DNA of 64,000 nucleotides, from IMG/VR virus record IMGVR_UViG_3300006104_000014, positions 13,360-77,359 of that record, one strand, 5' to 3'. Below are positions 46,982 to 56,157 of this stretch, in pieces (the first letter of the stretch is position 1; each line of letters starts with the position of its first letter). A model generated the notes under the pieces. The model made no database searches. It saw only the letters and a list, made by a program, of their open reading frames with translations, and had not been told where the DNA came from. The stretch comes from a virus. The translations under genes and the position numbers were made by a program.

Positions 46982-47320
46982 CTACAGATCTTGCAACTCT
47001 TCGTCTTCTGCAAAGATGTTACCATCAAACACATCGGTCTCATCGACGTCATCGATTCCAAAGACCTCATCGGCCATCTCTTCAACCTCTTCAAGGAGGT
47101 CGGATGAGAAGGTGGTCACCACAGGAAGCACCTTAGCAACATTGTCACCAGTGTGGACCTCCTCGGAAACTCGACCACTCTTGTCCTCCCAAAGTACTCG
47201 GACGAAGTAGTCGCCCTCGTGATCTTCGGTTGGCACCTCAATGACCACACCGTTCCATTCCTTGGAACGTGGGGTCTTCTTCCGCCAAGTGACCTTTTGG
47301 CCCTCTGAGAAGTTCATCAT
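46982..47320 (-). CDS. SH3-like protein with acidic tail
   Basis: FSEGQKVTW..GVVIE..VRVLWED. Confidence 0.7.
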   Translation of the reverse strand: MMNFSEGQKVTWRKKTPRSKEWNGVVIEVPTEDHEGDYFVRVLWEDKSGRVSEEVHTGDNVAKVLPVVTTFSSDLLEEVEEMADEVFGIDDVDETDVFDGNIFAEDEELQDL

Positions 47321-47335
47321 TTCTATCTCCTTACT

Positions 47336-47394
47336 ATTAGCCTGTCATCTTCAGCACCGGGTGGCTAATCCCGATGGACCTATTAGGTTTCGAC
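47336..47394 (-). ncRNA. Hammerhead ribozyme type II (HH7)
   Basis: GTC GAAA CCT-AAT-AGG TC^CATCGGG..CCCGGTG CTGAAGA T GAC; TAGCC/GGCTA. Confidence 0.88.
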
Positions 47395-47499
47395 TAACTA
47401 CACTAATTAATTGACGGTAGCAACATTAAGTAGACTACATCTCAATGTTCCGTACCTACTACCTTACTTACTATACCCTTTATTTTAACGGGCTAAGAA

Positions 47500-47527
47500 T
47501 GGGCCTTTTATTGTCATACCCAGGACA
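47500..47527 (-). ncRNA. Compact H-type pseudoknot motif, copy B
   Basis: TGTC-CTGGGTAT-GACA-ATAAAA-GGCCCA. Confidence 0.55.
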
Positions 47528-47539
47528 TTAGGAGTGTTA

Positions 47540-47857
47540 CTACCTTATTGCATCCACTCCGTAATATTGCCCATCCTTATCAATGAACTCTCTCTTCAAC
47601 GTAGTCAATGCCCAATTTGAAGCATCCAAGAAGTTATCGAAAGATTGTTCAAACTTAGCTTCACCCATTCGTCCAGCAAGGCCAACTCCAGCTTTGAAGG
47701 ATTCATCGGCCATATGAACAATATCAGCAAAACTGATATCATCTTGCTTGGTTGGGTTCCAAGGACGTTCTTCAAGGGTCCAATAATAACCCTCATCACC
47801 CCCTACGCCACATTCCAACCAAAAAGCTCCGTCGATACTATAGTTCTTACTATCCAT
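47540..47857 (-). CDS. Hypothetical protein, paralogue of 52605..52934
   Basis: VGLAGR.G and C-terminal YG.DAIR shared. Confidence 0.7.
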   Translation of the reverse strand: MDSKNYSIDGAFWLECGVGGDEGYYWTLEERPWNPTKQDDISFADIVHMADESFKAGVGLAGRMGEAKFEQSFDNFLDASNWALTTLKREFIDKDGQYYGVDAIR

Positions 47858-48011
47858 TATGGCCTTTCATCTTCTTTCATCAAATCGTGATTAGCTGGTG
47901 GATAATCCCAATCTTCGGTGTGCATACAATCATACCCTGCAATCCAGTTGGAGCACATCCTCAGATGGTTTTCACGGGCCAACACCATCTCTTCATACGA
48001 GTTGAATAGCA

Positions 48012-48251
48012 TTAATCCTCCTCTCTTTCTCTTACTTCACTGTTGGTGACTCTACCGTTGATACCCAACGAATGATCAGGAGGGTTCAACAAAAGACCAC
48101 GACTAGCCATGAAGTTGTCCATAATCACCTCACTAGCTTTGAGTCGGTCCTCGTTGAGTTGCAGGAGATCTTCATCGGTGATCTTCTCCTTACCATCAGC
48201 TACCATCACAAACATGTAGTAGTTGGCTAGATACTCTCTGGTAACTTCCAT
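48012..48251 (-). CDS. Hypothetical protein
   Basis: 79 aa coupled ORF. Confidence 0.65.
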   Translation of the reverse strand: MEVTREYLANYYMFVMVADGKEKITDEDLLQLNEDRLKASEVIMDNFMASRGLLLNPPDHSLGINGRVTNSEVREREED

Positions 48252-48481
48252 TATATCTCCTCTACTGGTGGGTTACAACACTTACACTCGCCACCGCCCC
48301 CTGGGCCGGTAACTGAGAAACTACCATCTCTGTTTTGGGTCAATCCAGTCCATACTGCAACCTGACCATAATCTTCGATGGACCATACTGAGCCTGGAAA
48401 GGCCGTATGCATAGCAGCAACGAAATCATCTTCGTCCTTAAAAGCTACCTTACTCATCGTTCTCCTTCTTAGCCAGCTCAT
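48251..48481 (-). CDS. Hypothetical protein
   Basis: 76 aa ORF; true start probably MSKVAF. Confidence 0.6.
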   Translation of the reverse strand: MSWLRRRTMSKVAFKDEDDFVAAMHTAFPGSVWSIEDYGQVAVWTGLTQNRDGSFSVTGPGGGGECKCCNPPVEEI

Positions 48482-48833
48482 TACGTTGGAAGATGTCCAA
48501 GGTCTCTTCGTAGGTCATACCGGCAACCTCGTACCATGGTGCATCGAACAGGTGGTGTCCTTCGAGTATGGCTACTGCACCATGCTCTTCACCAATCTGA
48601 CCGCCAACCTGCCATCCTCCGGTGTTACAATTGTTTTCACTATCATACGGACCGAACTCAAAGTACGTACTGATACTAAAGAACTCATCGTAGGCATTCT
48701 GGGAGATCAGCTCCTGAGACAACTGACCCAAGACGTACCTCTCCTGGGTTTCGTTGGACTCCTTTACTTCATCGGTCATGACATCATAACCACCATGACG
48801 TACTGCCATGTACTTGATTTCACGGTACTTCAT
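48450..48833 (-). CDS. Hypothetical protein
   Basis: 127 aa, TAAGGAG RBS. Confidence 0.7.
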   Translation of the reverse strand: MKYREIKYMAVRHGGYDVMTDEVKESNETQERYVLGQLSQELISQNAYDEFFSISTYFEFGPYDSENNCNTGGWQVGGQIGEEHGAVAILEGHHLFDAPWYEVAGMTYEETLDIFQRNELAKKENDE

Positions 48834-48845
48834 TATTGCTCCTTA

Positions 48846-49043
48846 CTAGTAGTTTGTCTTTTGACAATCTGGACAGGCCAACCACAACTCATCGGCTTGG
48901 GTATCTAGGTGGGCCCTCCATTGGTCATCATAACCATCTGGGTCAGCTACCTCCTCCTTCCACTTTTCGTCTCTAACCTTATAGCAAAAATCACACTGTT
49001 GCATTTGTTTACTTTCTGTTGTATGGGTTGTCACTGACATCAA
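48846..49043 (-). CDS. Small CxxC protein
   Basis: 65 aa. Confidence 0.55.
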   Translation of the reverse strand: MMSVTTHTTESKQMQQCDFCYKVRDEKWKEEVADPDGYDDQWRAHLDTQADELWLACPDCQKTNY

Positions 49044-49356
49044 TCATCCAAGGGCTGACCCAACCGGTATCTTGCTTCTCTCGGATGTCCTTAGCGGTCA
49101 TACCACAAGGGCAACCTTGATCACCCCACCAAATCAATGTACCACAGCAAAGGGAAGGCTCCATACCGGGAACACGTCCAATCTTTTGCTTACACATCAC
49201 ACAAGGCTCATCCTTGTTGGTATCATCAACGAAGTGCATCACCAAAACTTCTGGGTCAACGGTAACTCCAAGGTCATAAGCAGCACACATCCAACACCAG
49301 ATGTGACCTTCATTCTTATCAATGAAGTACTCTAGCATCTCTTGGTCCACTGTCAT
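49009..49356 (-). CDS. Cys-rich hypothetical protein
   Basis: 115 aa. Confidence 0.65.
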   Translation of the reverse strand: MTVDQEMLEYFIDKNEGHIWCWMCAAYDLGVTVDPEVLVMHFVDDTNKDEPCVMCKQKIGRVPGMEPSLCCGTLIWWGDQGCPCGMTAKDIREKQDTGWVSPWMIDVSDNPYNRK

Positions 49357-49535
49357 CGCTTATCCTCTCTGTTAGACTTGAGCACATGCTCTTTCCCCCA
49401 CATGGTTGCTTCGAACTCCGAAGCCGTAACCCTATTGGAGACCCAATCACAAGTACATGTAACGATGTACCGTGGCTTATCCTTTTCAACTGGGATCTTA
49501 CTCTCAGTCCAGATACTTACCGTTGCTTCATGCAT
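49353..49535 (-). CDS. Small C2H-type zinc protein
   Basis: CTCDWVS..W...H; related to 49963..50163. Confidence 0.6.
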   Translation of the reverse strand: MHEATVSIWTESKIPVEKDKPRYIVTCTCDWVSNRVTASEFEATMWGKEHVLKSNREDKR

Positions 49536-49537
49536 AC

Positions 49538-49780
49538 TTACTCACTTTCTAGCATTTCGTCGTAACAACTACCACAAACAAACGTCCCAATCAACGCCCT
49601 TTCATCTAAGCGTAATTCAGGAAATGCTTTCTCTAAGGACAACTCACGGTTAAGCCATTTCATTATCCTTTTCTCTTTTACGATCAAGAGGTAAATAATC
49701 TCACATTCTACACACTCAACCTCAACTCCAATCTTACCATGGCCAATACCATCTAGGTAGACCAAATCATAACTGTCCAA
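49538..49780 (-). CDS. Zinc-binding protein, paralogue of 43738..44013
   Basis: CVEC, AFPEL..DER, CGSCYDEM. Confidence 0.65.
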   Translation of the reverse strand: MDSYDLVYLDGIGHGKIGVEVECVECEIIYLLIVKEKRIMKWLNRELSLEKAFPELRLDERALIGTFVCGSCYDEMLESE

Positions 49781-49810
49781 ACAGGTCTACCTCCTTATCC
49801 TTAGTACATA

Positions 49811-49867
49811 TTACCCCAAAGGATATATTATAATAAATTCCCGAATATTGCAAATTTATAATAAATA
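49811..49867 (-). promoter_or_regulatory. Repeated strong early promoter
   Basis: About 50 nt identical to the 46871-46928 copy. Confidence 0.75.
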
Positions 49868-49962
49868 AGAGTTACTACTGTTTCTCTGTCTATGGGTCCC
49901 TATTATACCCCATCCAGTGTATGAGCATAAGAGACCTAATTGTAATAAGGTCTCACACAATA

Positions 49963-50163
49963 CTAACCCCACCTACTAAATATGGGTTTATCCACGTAAG
50001 TGCTTGTACTCACATGGTTTGAAGCCCAAACCTTTGCAATAAATTTGGTTGTATAAAGCTTGGGGTCAGACCATCCACATTCACATATTGCTTTGTAAAG
50101 GTGGACATTCTTACCACTTACTCTATATGGACCAACCTTAACTGCTTTGGCGTAATGCTTCAT
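49963..50163 (-). CDS. Small C2H-type zinc protein
   Basis: CECGWS..W...H. Confidence 0.6.
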   Translation of the reverse strand: MKHYAKAVKVGPYRVSGKNVHLYKAICECGWSDPKLYTTKFIAKVWASNHVSTSTYVDKPIFSRWG

Positions 50164-50325
50164 TCTGACTCAGCAGGTGGAAAAGGCTCCTGGGACCATT
50201 CTTGCTTTTGAACGGTCTTACCAGACTTTTCTACTGACCAGGTAGTGCGTACCCAAGCACGTGCCTTTGAAACAAACTTAACTGTCTGACGCATATTATC
50301 TCTTTCTCTTACCCTTAATTGGGAG

Positions 50326-50407
50326 TGCCCGGAGCGGGACTCGAACCCGCACGACTTTCGTCACTGGCACCTAAAGCCAGCGTGTCTGCCTATTCCACCA
50401 TCCGGGC
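50326..50407 (-). tRNA. tRNA-Leu(UAG)
   Basis: GCCCGGA/TCCGGGC acceptor, CTGGC-TTTAGGT-GCCAG, long variable arm. Confidence 0.93.
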
Positions 50408-50412
50408 GGATA

Positions 50413-50799
50413 CTACAGAGTATAAACTTCCTTACCCTTTTGCTGGGAATACCTTACAGTAGCCCAACTTGAATCTAAAAGTGATCCATACTTATCTTCA
50501 GTAGCAACAATCATATTATCGGATACGTCAACAATTTTCCTATTACGGTGAATAAAGGGCAACGACTCCAATACCGTTGTTTCACCCTTACTATAATCAC
50601 CTTGCAGCTCCTTAAAGGTCGGAGGATAAACGTTAATTTTATACCCCAACTTGCAAGATAGATCATGAAATTGTTGTTCGGAGCCAATACAGCCACCATG
50701 ATAAACTTCAGACGGGCTTAACCCTTCCAACTTATCTTTGAGTTTAACGACTTCATCTTCGGTCATCTTACCTTTATGCCCTACAAAACCAACTTTCAT
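50413..50799 (-). CDS. SLOG (DprA/YspA-like) family protein
   Basis: VGFVG, YHGGC.G, RNRKIVD.SD, W.TVRY. Confidence 0.65.
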   Translation of the reverse strand: MKVGFVGHKGKMTEDEVVKLKDKLEGLSPSEVYHGGCIGSEQQFHDLSCKLGYKINVYPPTFKELQGDYSKGETTVLESLPFIHRNRKIVDVSDNMIVATEDKYGSLLDSSWATVRYSQQKGKEVYTL

Positions 50800-51122
50800 T
50801 CCTTATTCACCTTTTCTAGCTTCCACACTGGGAAGAAGCTCCTAATTTTAATCACCTCATCTGGAGGAATAGGAGTTACTAAATCCACCATATAAGTACC
50901 AGATTCCGTCTTAAATGGAATACCATTCTCGTAACGGAATTCTACTTCAATCTCCAAACCCTTTTCGGGGATACTAACAATACTAGACGGAACCAGCTCC
51001 AAGCCTGTTTGACGTTGGCCATAGACCTTAGTTGCTCTAACCTCATCTCCGACTTCAAATCCAGATTCGGCTAAGGACATAATCCATTCTGAACGTGGCC
51101 TTTGCTCAATTTTCTTTACCAT
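50796..51122 (-). CDS. Hypothetical protein
   Basis: 108 aa. Confidence 0.65.
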   Translation of the reverse strand: MVKKIEQRPRSEWIMSLAESGFEVGDEVRATKVYGQRQTGLELVPSSIVSIPEKGLEIEVEFRYENGIPFKTESGTYMVDLVTPIPPDEVIKIRSFFPVWKLEKVNKE

Positions 51123-51124
51123 TT

Positions 51125-51523
51125 TTATTCCTCCGAATTTGATTCACAACTAGAACAGTGGGTATCGTAGATATTATCTAAAATGTCACAGCAGTTTTCA
51201 CAATAGTTATCTTCCTCCTCTTCACTTTCTTGGTCTTCTGGGTCTCCGATAAATATGATCGTCATACTTGCAATACGGCCATCCTCATAGGTCACATATA
51301 CTGGGTAATTTCCATCTCCGTACCCAGTAGAGCAAACGGCAGCTATACCATCGAATAGTGTTCCAGACTTAGCACTAAGGGTCGTCTTACAAGCACCATC
51401 GTAGGAAAAATCACCTGCCTCATCCTCACCTGGGTAATCGTTAGCGTACCAATCACTCAGGTAACATGGATCAACAAGCATCATTTGTCCACTGTCTACG
51501 CCAATACGTCCGATCAATTCCAT
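51125..51523 (-). CDS. DUF4241-like protein (start MELIGRIG)
   Basis: GVDSGQMMLVDPCY, STGYGDG.YPVY. Confidence 0.65.
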   Translation of the reverse strand: MELIGRIGVDSGQMMLVDPCYLSDWYANDYPGEDEAGDFSYDGACKTTLSAKSGTLFDGIAAVCSTGYGDGNYPVYVTYEDGRIASMTIIFIGDPEDQESEEEEDNYCENCCDILDNIYDTHCSSCESNSEE

Positions 51524-51524
51524 C

Positions 51525-51962
51525 TTATTCCTCCTCTTCCCTCTTCTGGAACTTTCCATTCTTCCACTCCATGAAGTCTTCATCGTAGTAGTCCCAGTTA
51601 GCGTCTTGGTATGCTAACAACAACTTTCTAGCGTCGTAACCTTCGTACCAGACATTCAGGTCAACTGGAGTAGTAAACTTAGCAGACGTTTCAGGAATGA
51701 TCTGAATGCAATCTTCTTCCATATACATCATATCGATGCAACCTTCATCAACTTCGGCATAACAAAGGAACTCAGTAGTTCCAGCAATCTCATTGTCAAC
51801 AGACCAATGCCACTTGGTGTCTGGAAGAATGTACTTACTGTACCAAAGCAACCCAAGGGTGTCGGCTAGTTGGTGGATATCACCGTCGAACTCGATGACC
51901 TCATCACTGTCGAAACGGTAAGTTCCACGACTTGCACAATAATCAATAACTCGATACTTCAC
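51525..51962 (-). CDS. Acidic hypothetical protein
   Basis: 145 aa, AAGGAG RBS. Confidence 0.65.
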   Translation of the reverse strand: MKYRVIDYCASRGTYRFDSDEVIEFDGDIHQLADTLGLLWYSKYILPDTKWHWSVDNEIAGTTEFLCYAEVDEGCIDMMYMEEDCIQIIPETSAKFTTPVDLNVWYEGYDARKLLLAYQDANWDYYDEDFMEWKNGKFQKREEEE

Positions 51963-51979
51963 TTGTTTTCTCCTTTTCT

Positions 51980-52264
51980 TTAGATACTATTAAGCAGCTT
52001 AACATAGGCTTCTTCAGCAGCAAGTTGGGCAGCTGTAAGATCAAAGCTGTCGCCCCCTTCAATGTTTTCTGGGATGGTGTAAACAACCCCAACCTCCCAG
52101 TGGAACGGAGTTTCTCGTCCACCCAGCTGGACTGTAGCATAAACACTCTCAATTACTACTTCTGACTTACCCTCATCTGCAGGGTGACTAATCAACTCAA
52201 AGCTAGCAGGATAACCACCTGGGCCACCTCCACTATTATATTCCCAAACACCTTGTAATTTCAT
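51980..52264 (-). CDS. Hypothetical protein
   Basis: 94 aa; GGAGG RBS right after HH8. Confidence 0.7.
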   Translation of the reverse strand: MKLQGVWEYNSGGGPGGYPASFELISHPADEGKSEVVIESVYATVQLGGRETPFHWEVGVVYTIPENIEGGDSFDLTAAQLAAEEAYVKLLNSI

Positions 52265-52276
52265 ACTTCCTCCAAT

Positions 52277-52350
52277 TTAGTCTGTCTCATCAGGTATGGT
52301 AAACTAATTCCATACGATGGTCCATGCTGGATGCATGGGACCATTTCGAC
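52277..52350 (-). ncRNA. Hammerhead ribozyme type II (HH8, long stem III)
   Basis: GTC GAAA TGGTC..GACCA TC^GTATGG..CCATAC CTGATGA GAC; TTAGTT/GACTAA. Confidence 0.9.
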
Positions 52351-52601
52351 TACACGTTTTCCCGGTAATCAACGTCACCGTCGGGGCCACCTTCGGGCCA
52401 GATTGGCTCAAGGGCTGGTGGCTCATCAAAGAATCCTCGACAAAAGTCTAACAACACTTCGGCCAATTCTTCGATGGGTCCGGGTTGGGACTCTAACAGA
52501 TCAGTAGGCTGAGGCAATTCCTTCCAGAGTGCCAAGGCCTCCCTATCTGTAAACGTAAGAATTAACTTACGTTCATTGGAAGCTGTGTAATCCACTTTCA
52601 T
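52350..52601 (-). CDS. Hypothetical protein
   Basis: 83 aa. Confidence 0.7.
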   Translation of the reverse strand: MKVDYTASNERKLILTFTDREALALWKELPQPTDLLESQPGPIEELAEVLLDFCRGFFDEPPALEPIWPEGGPDGDVDYRENV

Positions 52602-52604
52602 CTC

Positions 52605-52934
52605 CTATCTAATTGCGTCGATGCCGTAAAGCTTACCTTCTGGTGAAAGACCTTCACGGTAATACACTTCATAGGCAGCTTGGGCCGCCTTCTCAAAGGT
52701 GTCTTCAATACCTTCGAACTCAACACCACCGGAACGTCCAGCCAAACCAACCTGCCACTGGAACTCGACGGTGTCGGCCAAGATCTGGATAAACAGCTTC
52801 TCAGCAGCAACTTCGTCGTAGGGGACGTTGTCGTCAAAGATGTCGAAGATGTTGTAGATGGCTACACCATCTTCGATCTCTGCAATACCCCATTCGATAC
52901 CGTCCCAACGGTAAGTTTGTTGGTACTCTGACAT
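52605..52934 (-). CDS. Hypothetical protein, paralogue of 47540..47857
   Basis: 109 aa; TAAGGAG RBS after HH9. Confidence 0.7.
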   Translation of the reverse strand: MSEYQQTYRWDGIEWGIAEIEDGVAIYNIFDIFDDNVPYDEVAAEKLFIQILADTVEFQWQVGLAGRSGGVEFEGIEDTFEKAAQAAYEVYYREGLSPEGKLYGIDAIR

Positions 52935-52952
52935 TATTGTCTCCTTACTCTA

Positions 52953-53010
52953 AGCCTGTCTCTTCAGTGCCAGGTGGCTAATCCTGACAGACGCCTTACG
53001 GCGTTTCGAC
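52953..53010 (-). ncRNA. Hammerhead ribozyme type II (HH9)
   Basis: GTC GAAA CGCC-GTAA-GGCG TC^TGTCAGG..CCTGGCA CTGAAGA GAC; AGCC/GGCT. Confidence 0.92.
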
Positions 53011-53468
53011 TAGATTTCCTCCTTATTGTTGGTGCTGACATCTGACATCTCGGGTTGAATTAATCTATTTTGCCAAAGATAGAAGTTACTCTCCAACCTA
53101 TCTCCAAACGTACGAATATGGTCGGCCAAATCAACTGTTTCTTCGTCTAAGAACTGCTCAACTAGGAAGTGAGAAGCAATCTCCAACGTGAAAGTAAAGA
53201 ATCCGTCACCATAGCAAACATCAACTGGGACGAAGCCAAATTCATTTGGCACATAACCAACACCTTCATTGTTAATTACAGCTATGTTAAGGTGTCTGTC
53301 AACCTTCCAAGACTCCGACTCAGGAGTAAATCCAACAGCCGTCCGAAAAGCCAATCTAATATTGCCTGAACCACCAGTTTGTGACTCAGCAATAAGTCCA
53401 AGTTGCTTTTCTAACTCTTGCTTCTTAACACGTCGGAGGATAATACCCCGTTCACGTTCATATGACAT
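53010..53468 (-). CDS. Hypothetical protein
   Basis: 152 aa. Confidence 0.7.
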   Translation of the reverse strand: MSYERERGIILRRVKKQELEKQLGLIAESQTGGSGNIRLAFRTAVGFTPESESWKVDRHLNIAVINNEGVGYVPNEFGFVPVDVCYGDGFFTFTLEIASHFLVEQFLDEETVDLADHIRTFGDRLESNFYLWQNRLIQPEMSDVSTNNKEEI

Positions 53469-53872
53469 TACTTACTCTCCTTTTTCGGAAACAACTCATC
53501 TTCACCATCCAGCTTTGCAAGCTTGAAGGCATCTTTCATCAACAACACACCCTTACCATCAACTGTCAACCAATCGTCAACAAAGTTACTGGCAGCAGAC
53601 TTAGCAGCCTCTTCAAAGGAGCTGAACACCTCACAATAAGTCGGCTCACTAGTTGGCCCAGATGAAGACCAAAAGGACGGGCTCACCTTAACTTCGAACT
53701 TATCTCCATCTACATGGATCTCAGCGTTCACGGATTCAAAGAACAAGCCAAGGGGCTCGTACAATCCATCCTCACCAATACCACACTGCATTAAGGTGTA
53801 TTGGCCACTATCAAACTCCTCCCATTCGGTTTGACCCAACTTGGTGTCCTGAATAATAATGAAGCTTTCCAT
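53468..53872 (-). CDS. Hypothetical protein (start MESFII)
   Basis: AGGAG RBS before ATG 53872; the track extension runs through HH10. Confidence 0.7.
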   Translation of the reverse strand: MESFIIIQDTKLGQTEWEEFDSGQYTLMQCGIGEDGLYEPLGLFFESVNAEIHVDGDKFEVKVSPSFWSSSGPTSEPTYCEVFSSFEEAAKSAASNFVDDWLTVDGKGVLLMKDAFKLAKLDGEDELFPKKESK

Positions 53873-53889
53873 TGTTTCTCCTACTTTCA

Positions 53890-53950
53890 GGCCTGTCATC
53901 ATCAGGTACGGTAGGCCATTTCCGTACAAGCCCCTTTCGGGGCTTTCGAC
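53890..53950 (-). ncRNA. Hammerhead ribozyme type II (HH10)
   Basis: GTC GAAA GCCCC-GAAA-GGGGC TT^GTACGG..CCGTAC CTGATGA T GAC; GGCCT/AGGCC. Confidence 0.9.
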
Positions 53951-54405
53951 TACTTTTTGGAGTAACCAAAGTAATGACGCCAATCGGACCAAACACGTCC
54001 ATCATTAGCAGTCCAGTTACTGGTGTCAGCAACATACTCACGACTACCGGTGACATACTCGTTAATCAGTTGGTGGTGGCACATTTCTGGAGTAGCCAAT
54101 GTACCACAGTTACCACACATAAACACACCAACTTCCTTCCAGTTAGCTGGGACTTCATTGGTGTGTTCACTGTAACCACCAGGACCTTGATGAGGAACCA
54201 ACAAAGCATCGTAGTTACCATTACCGTAGATTTCGTAGTCCTCCTTGGTAGTCCATTGCAACTCTACTGGACTAAATTCATCAGCAGCGTTACAGTGGGG
54301 GCAAACCAAGGCCATACCGTTGTCATCAATCCACATACCAAATGGACTAGCATTGACCATCTCATCATCAAAGAACCACTTACGGTCCTTAAGGTCACTT
54401 GACAT
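53950..54405 (-). CDS. Zinc-ribbon hypothetical protein
   Basis: CPHC and CGNC; between HH11 and HH10. Confidence 0.7.
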   Translation of the reverse strand: MSSDLKDRKWFFDDEMVNASPFGMWIDDNGMALVCPHCNAADEFSPVELQWTTKEDYEIYGNGNYDALLVPHQGPGGYSEHTNEVPANWKEVGVFMCGNCGTLATPEMCHHQLINEYVTGSREYVADTSNWTANDGRVWSDWRHYFGYSKK

Positions 54406-54420
54406 TTTTATCTCCTTACT

Positions 54421-54483
54421 ATTGATCTGTCATCATCAGGTGCAGGTGATCAATCCTACACGACTGCCTAAGGCAGTTTCGAC
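54421..54483 (-). ncRNA. Hammerhead ribozyme type II (HH11)
   Basis: GTC GAAA CTGCC-TTA-GGCAG TC^GTGTAGG..CCTGCAC CTGATGA T GAC; TTGATC/GATCAA. Confidence 0.9.
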
Positions 54484-54767
54484 TACATTACAGCTTTGAA
54501 GGTAGCATCCCACCATTCTTCGTAAATTTCTTCTGAAACTTCGGTGTTATAAAACTTACTTCCTTCAACTACCAAGACCCTACTACCTACATCGTTGAGG
54601 GGGTCTAGGATGAAAACTCCTTCAACTACCTCCAGTGGGTTTGCCAAACGCCAATCACTACGGATAAGGTTAAAGGCTTCATCAAAACTAGTGGTCTCAA
54701 GACGTCCAAGGTATTCTCCTACTGGACCGCCATGATCTCTAACTACGTGGATATCATACTTAAGCAT
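54483..54767 (-). CDS. Hypothetical protein
   Basis: 94 aa. Confidence 0.7.
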   Translation of the reverse strand: MLKYDIHVVRDHGGPVGEYLGRLETTSFDEAFNLIRSDWRLANPLEVVEGVFILDPLNDVGSRVLVVEGSKFYNTEVSEEIYEEWWDATFKAVM

Positions 54768-54799
54768 ATCACTTTCCTTACTGTTAATTGTTGACTAGA

Positions 54800-54828
54800 T
54801 AGGCAGTTTAAGCACATGCCCAGGTGCT
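54800..54828 (-). ncRNA. Compact H-type pseudoknot motif, copy C
   Basis: AGCAC-CTGGGCAT-GTGCT-TAAAC-TGCCTA. Confidence 0.55.
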
Positions 54829-54843
54829 CCTTAGGAGGGACCT

Positions 54844-55044
54844 TTAGATTACATCGAAGTACTTCATTGTAGTAACCAATAGATTATTGTAATCACCGGA
54901 AGTAGCCTCACTTTCGTAATCCTTCCAGTACTCATCGTACAGGTCATTACGCTTAAGTGCCTTTGAGGCCTTACCGAGGATAGAGAATGCATTACCATCC
55001 TCACCAACTAACTGCAACTCAATACCTGTGATTGACTCTGACAT
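54844..55044 (-). CDS. Conserved small phage hypothetical protein
   Basis: LVGEDGNAFSILG..SGDY..LL motif. Confidence 0.7.
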   Translation of the reverse strand: MSESITGIELQLVGEDGNAFSILGKASKALKRNDLYDEYWKDYESEATSGDYNNLLVTTMKYFDVI

Positions 55045-55472
55045 TATTGCTCCTCACTTTCAATTTTAAGCTCTGTAATAGTTGGATCATGGCTAAATAG
55101 ATTTTCAACTGCTCTCTTGAACCACGTGTAATCCTTGAACCCATCCTTCAAGGTATAAGACACCTTAGCCTTAATTCGTGGAGGCTTAACGATATCCTCA
55201 TAACGGATACCACGGATAAGGTTAGCAATATCAATACTATGTGGTTGCTCAACATCAAAGTAGGATAGTTCCTCAACCAAATTTTGTACTTCTGCTAGGA
55301 ATTCTTCACCTTGACTCGTAAGGTACTCAAGTTCAATTCCAGCAATGATACTATCAAGTCGACCGTAGTAGCCGTCAATTTCTTCGACGTAATTACTACG
55401 TGCGTTCTCAATATCATCAGCAGCTGACTTAAGGGTGTCAATTAGACACTCAATATCTAGTTGCTCAATCAC
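55044..55472 (-). CDS. Hypothetical protein
   Basis: 142 aa. Confidence 0.65.
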   Translation of the reverse strand: MIEQLDIECLIDTLKSAADDIENARSNYVEEIDGYYGRLDSIIAGIELEYLTSQGEEFLAEVQNLVEELSYFDVEQPHSIDIANLIRGIRYEDIVKPPRIKAKVSYTLKDGFKDYTWFKRAVENLFSHDPTITELKIESEEQ

Positions 55473-55953
55473 TTACTTCTCCTTTTTCTATTTGTTTTGC
55501 CCATCTACGTCGATCTACAACATCCATACCGCCCCACCAGCCTTCACTATCATCTAGAAGGGCTTCGGCTCTGCAGATCAACATTACTTTACAACCATTA
55601 CAAGCTTGCTCCAACTTTAATCTCAAACTGTAATTGGGCCTAGGTGTACTATAACCCAAAAACAGTTCGGATTGGTTAGCATGGCATTTACCATCCTTAT
55701 ACCACTCATGGTAACCACGTTCTAAACAGGAGATAAACTCATCTTTGCTCTTACGTTCAGAAGATTCGTAAATTGGTAACTCATCAACTTTTTGTAACCG
55801 ACTAATAGGATTCCACTCCTCTTTAGTCTTAGAATGACTAACAATCCAAAGGACTCTGGCCTTATTGCCGTTTACCTCCTGGACTGTTCCAAACCATTCT
55901 CTTTGGTTCGTCTTCTCAGTTAACCATTTAACGTAATCATCTTTAACTACCAT
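55465..55953 (-). CDS. WhiB-like transcription factor with N-terminal extra domain
   Basis: Four-Cys pattern C..ELF..ACNGCKVMLICRAEAL..GWWGGM..DRR. Confidence 0.7.
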   Translation of the reverse strand: MVVKDDYVKWLTEKTNQREWFGTVQEVNGNKARVLWIVSHSKTKEEWNPISRLQKVDELPIYESSERKSKDEFISCLERGYHEWYKDGKCHANQSELFLGYSTPRPNYSLRLKLEQACNGCKVMLICRAEALLDDSEGWWGGMDVVDRRRWAKQIEKGEVSD

Positions 55954-55974
55954 TAATTCCTCCTCCCCATTTCC

Positions 55975-56036
55975 TATTATACTTATTATATTTTCCCGAA
56001 TAATGCAAATTTATTTTAAATAGGAGTTCTTACTGC
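55975..56036 (-). promoter_or_regulatory. Repeated early promoter
   Basis: GCAGTAAGAACTCCTATTTAAA..TTGCAT-TATTCGGGAAAA..TATAAT. Confidence 0.65.
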
Positions 56037-56157
56037 TTATCTTCGTTGCTGACTAGTGTAGTGCCAGTCTTACTTACTTTTGCTGGAAACTTGACTACTT
56101 TGTTTCCATTCTTACCGGACTTAATTGAAAGCTTTTTATCACTCATGTTACTCTCCT

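Noticed and set aside
50326-50407. tRNA with TAG in the anticodon loop as an amber suppressor
   Set aside because: Anticodon UAG reads Leu CUA; a suppressor would need CUA. The body is a normal long-arm tRNA-Leu
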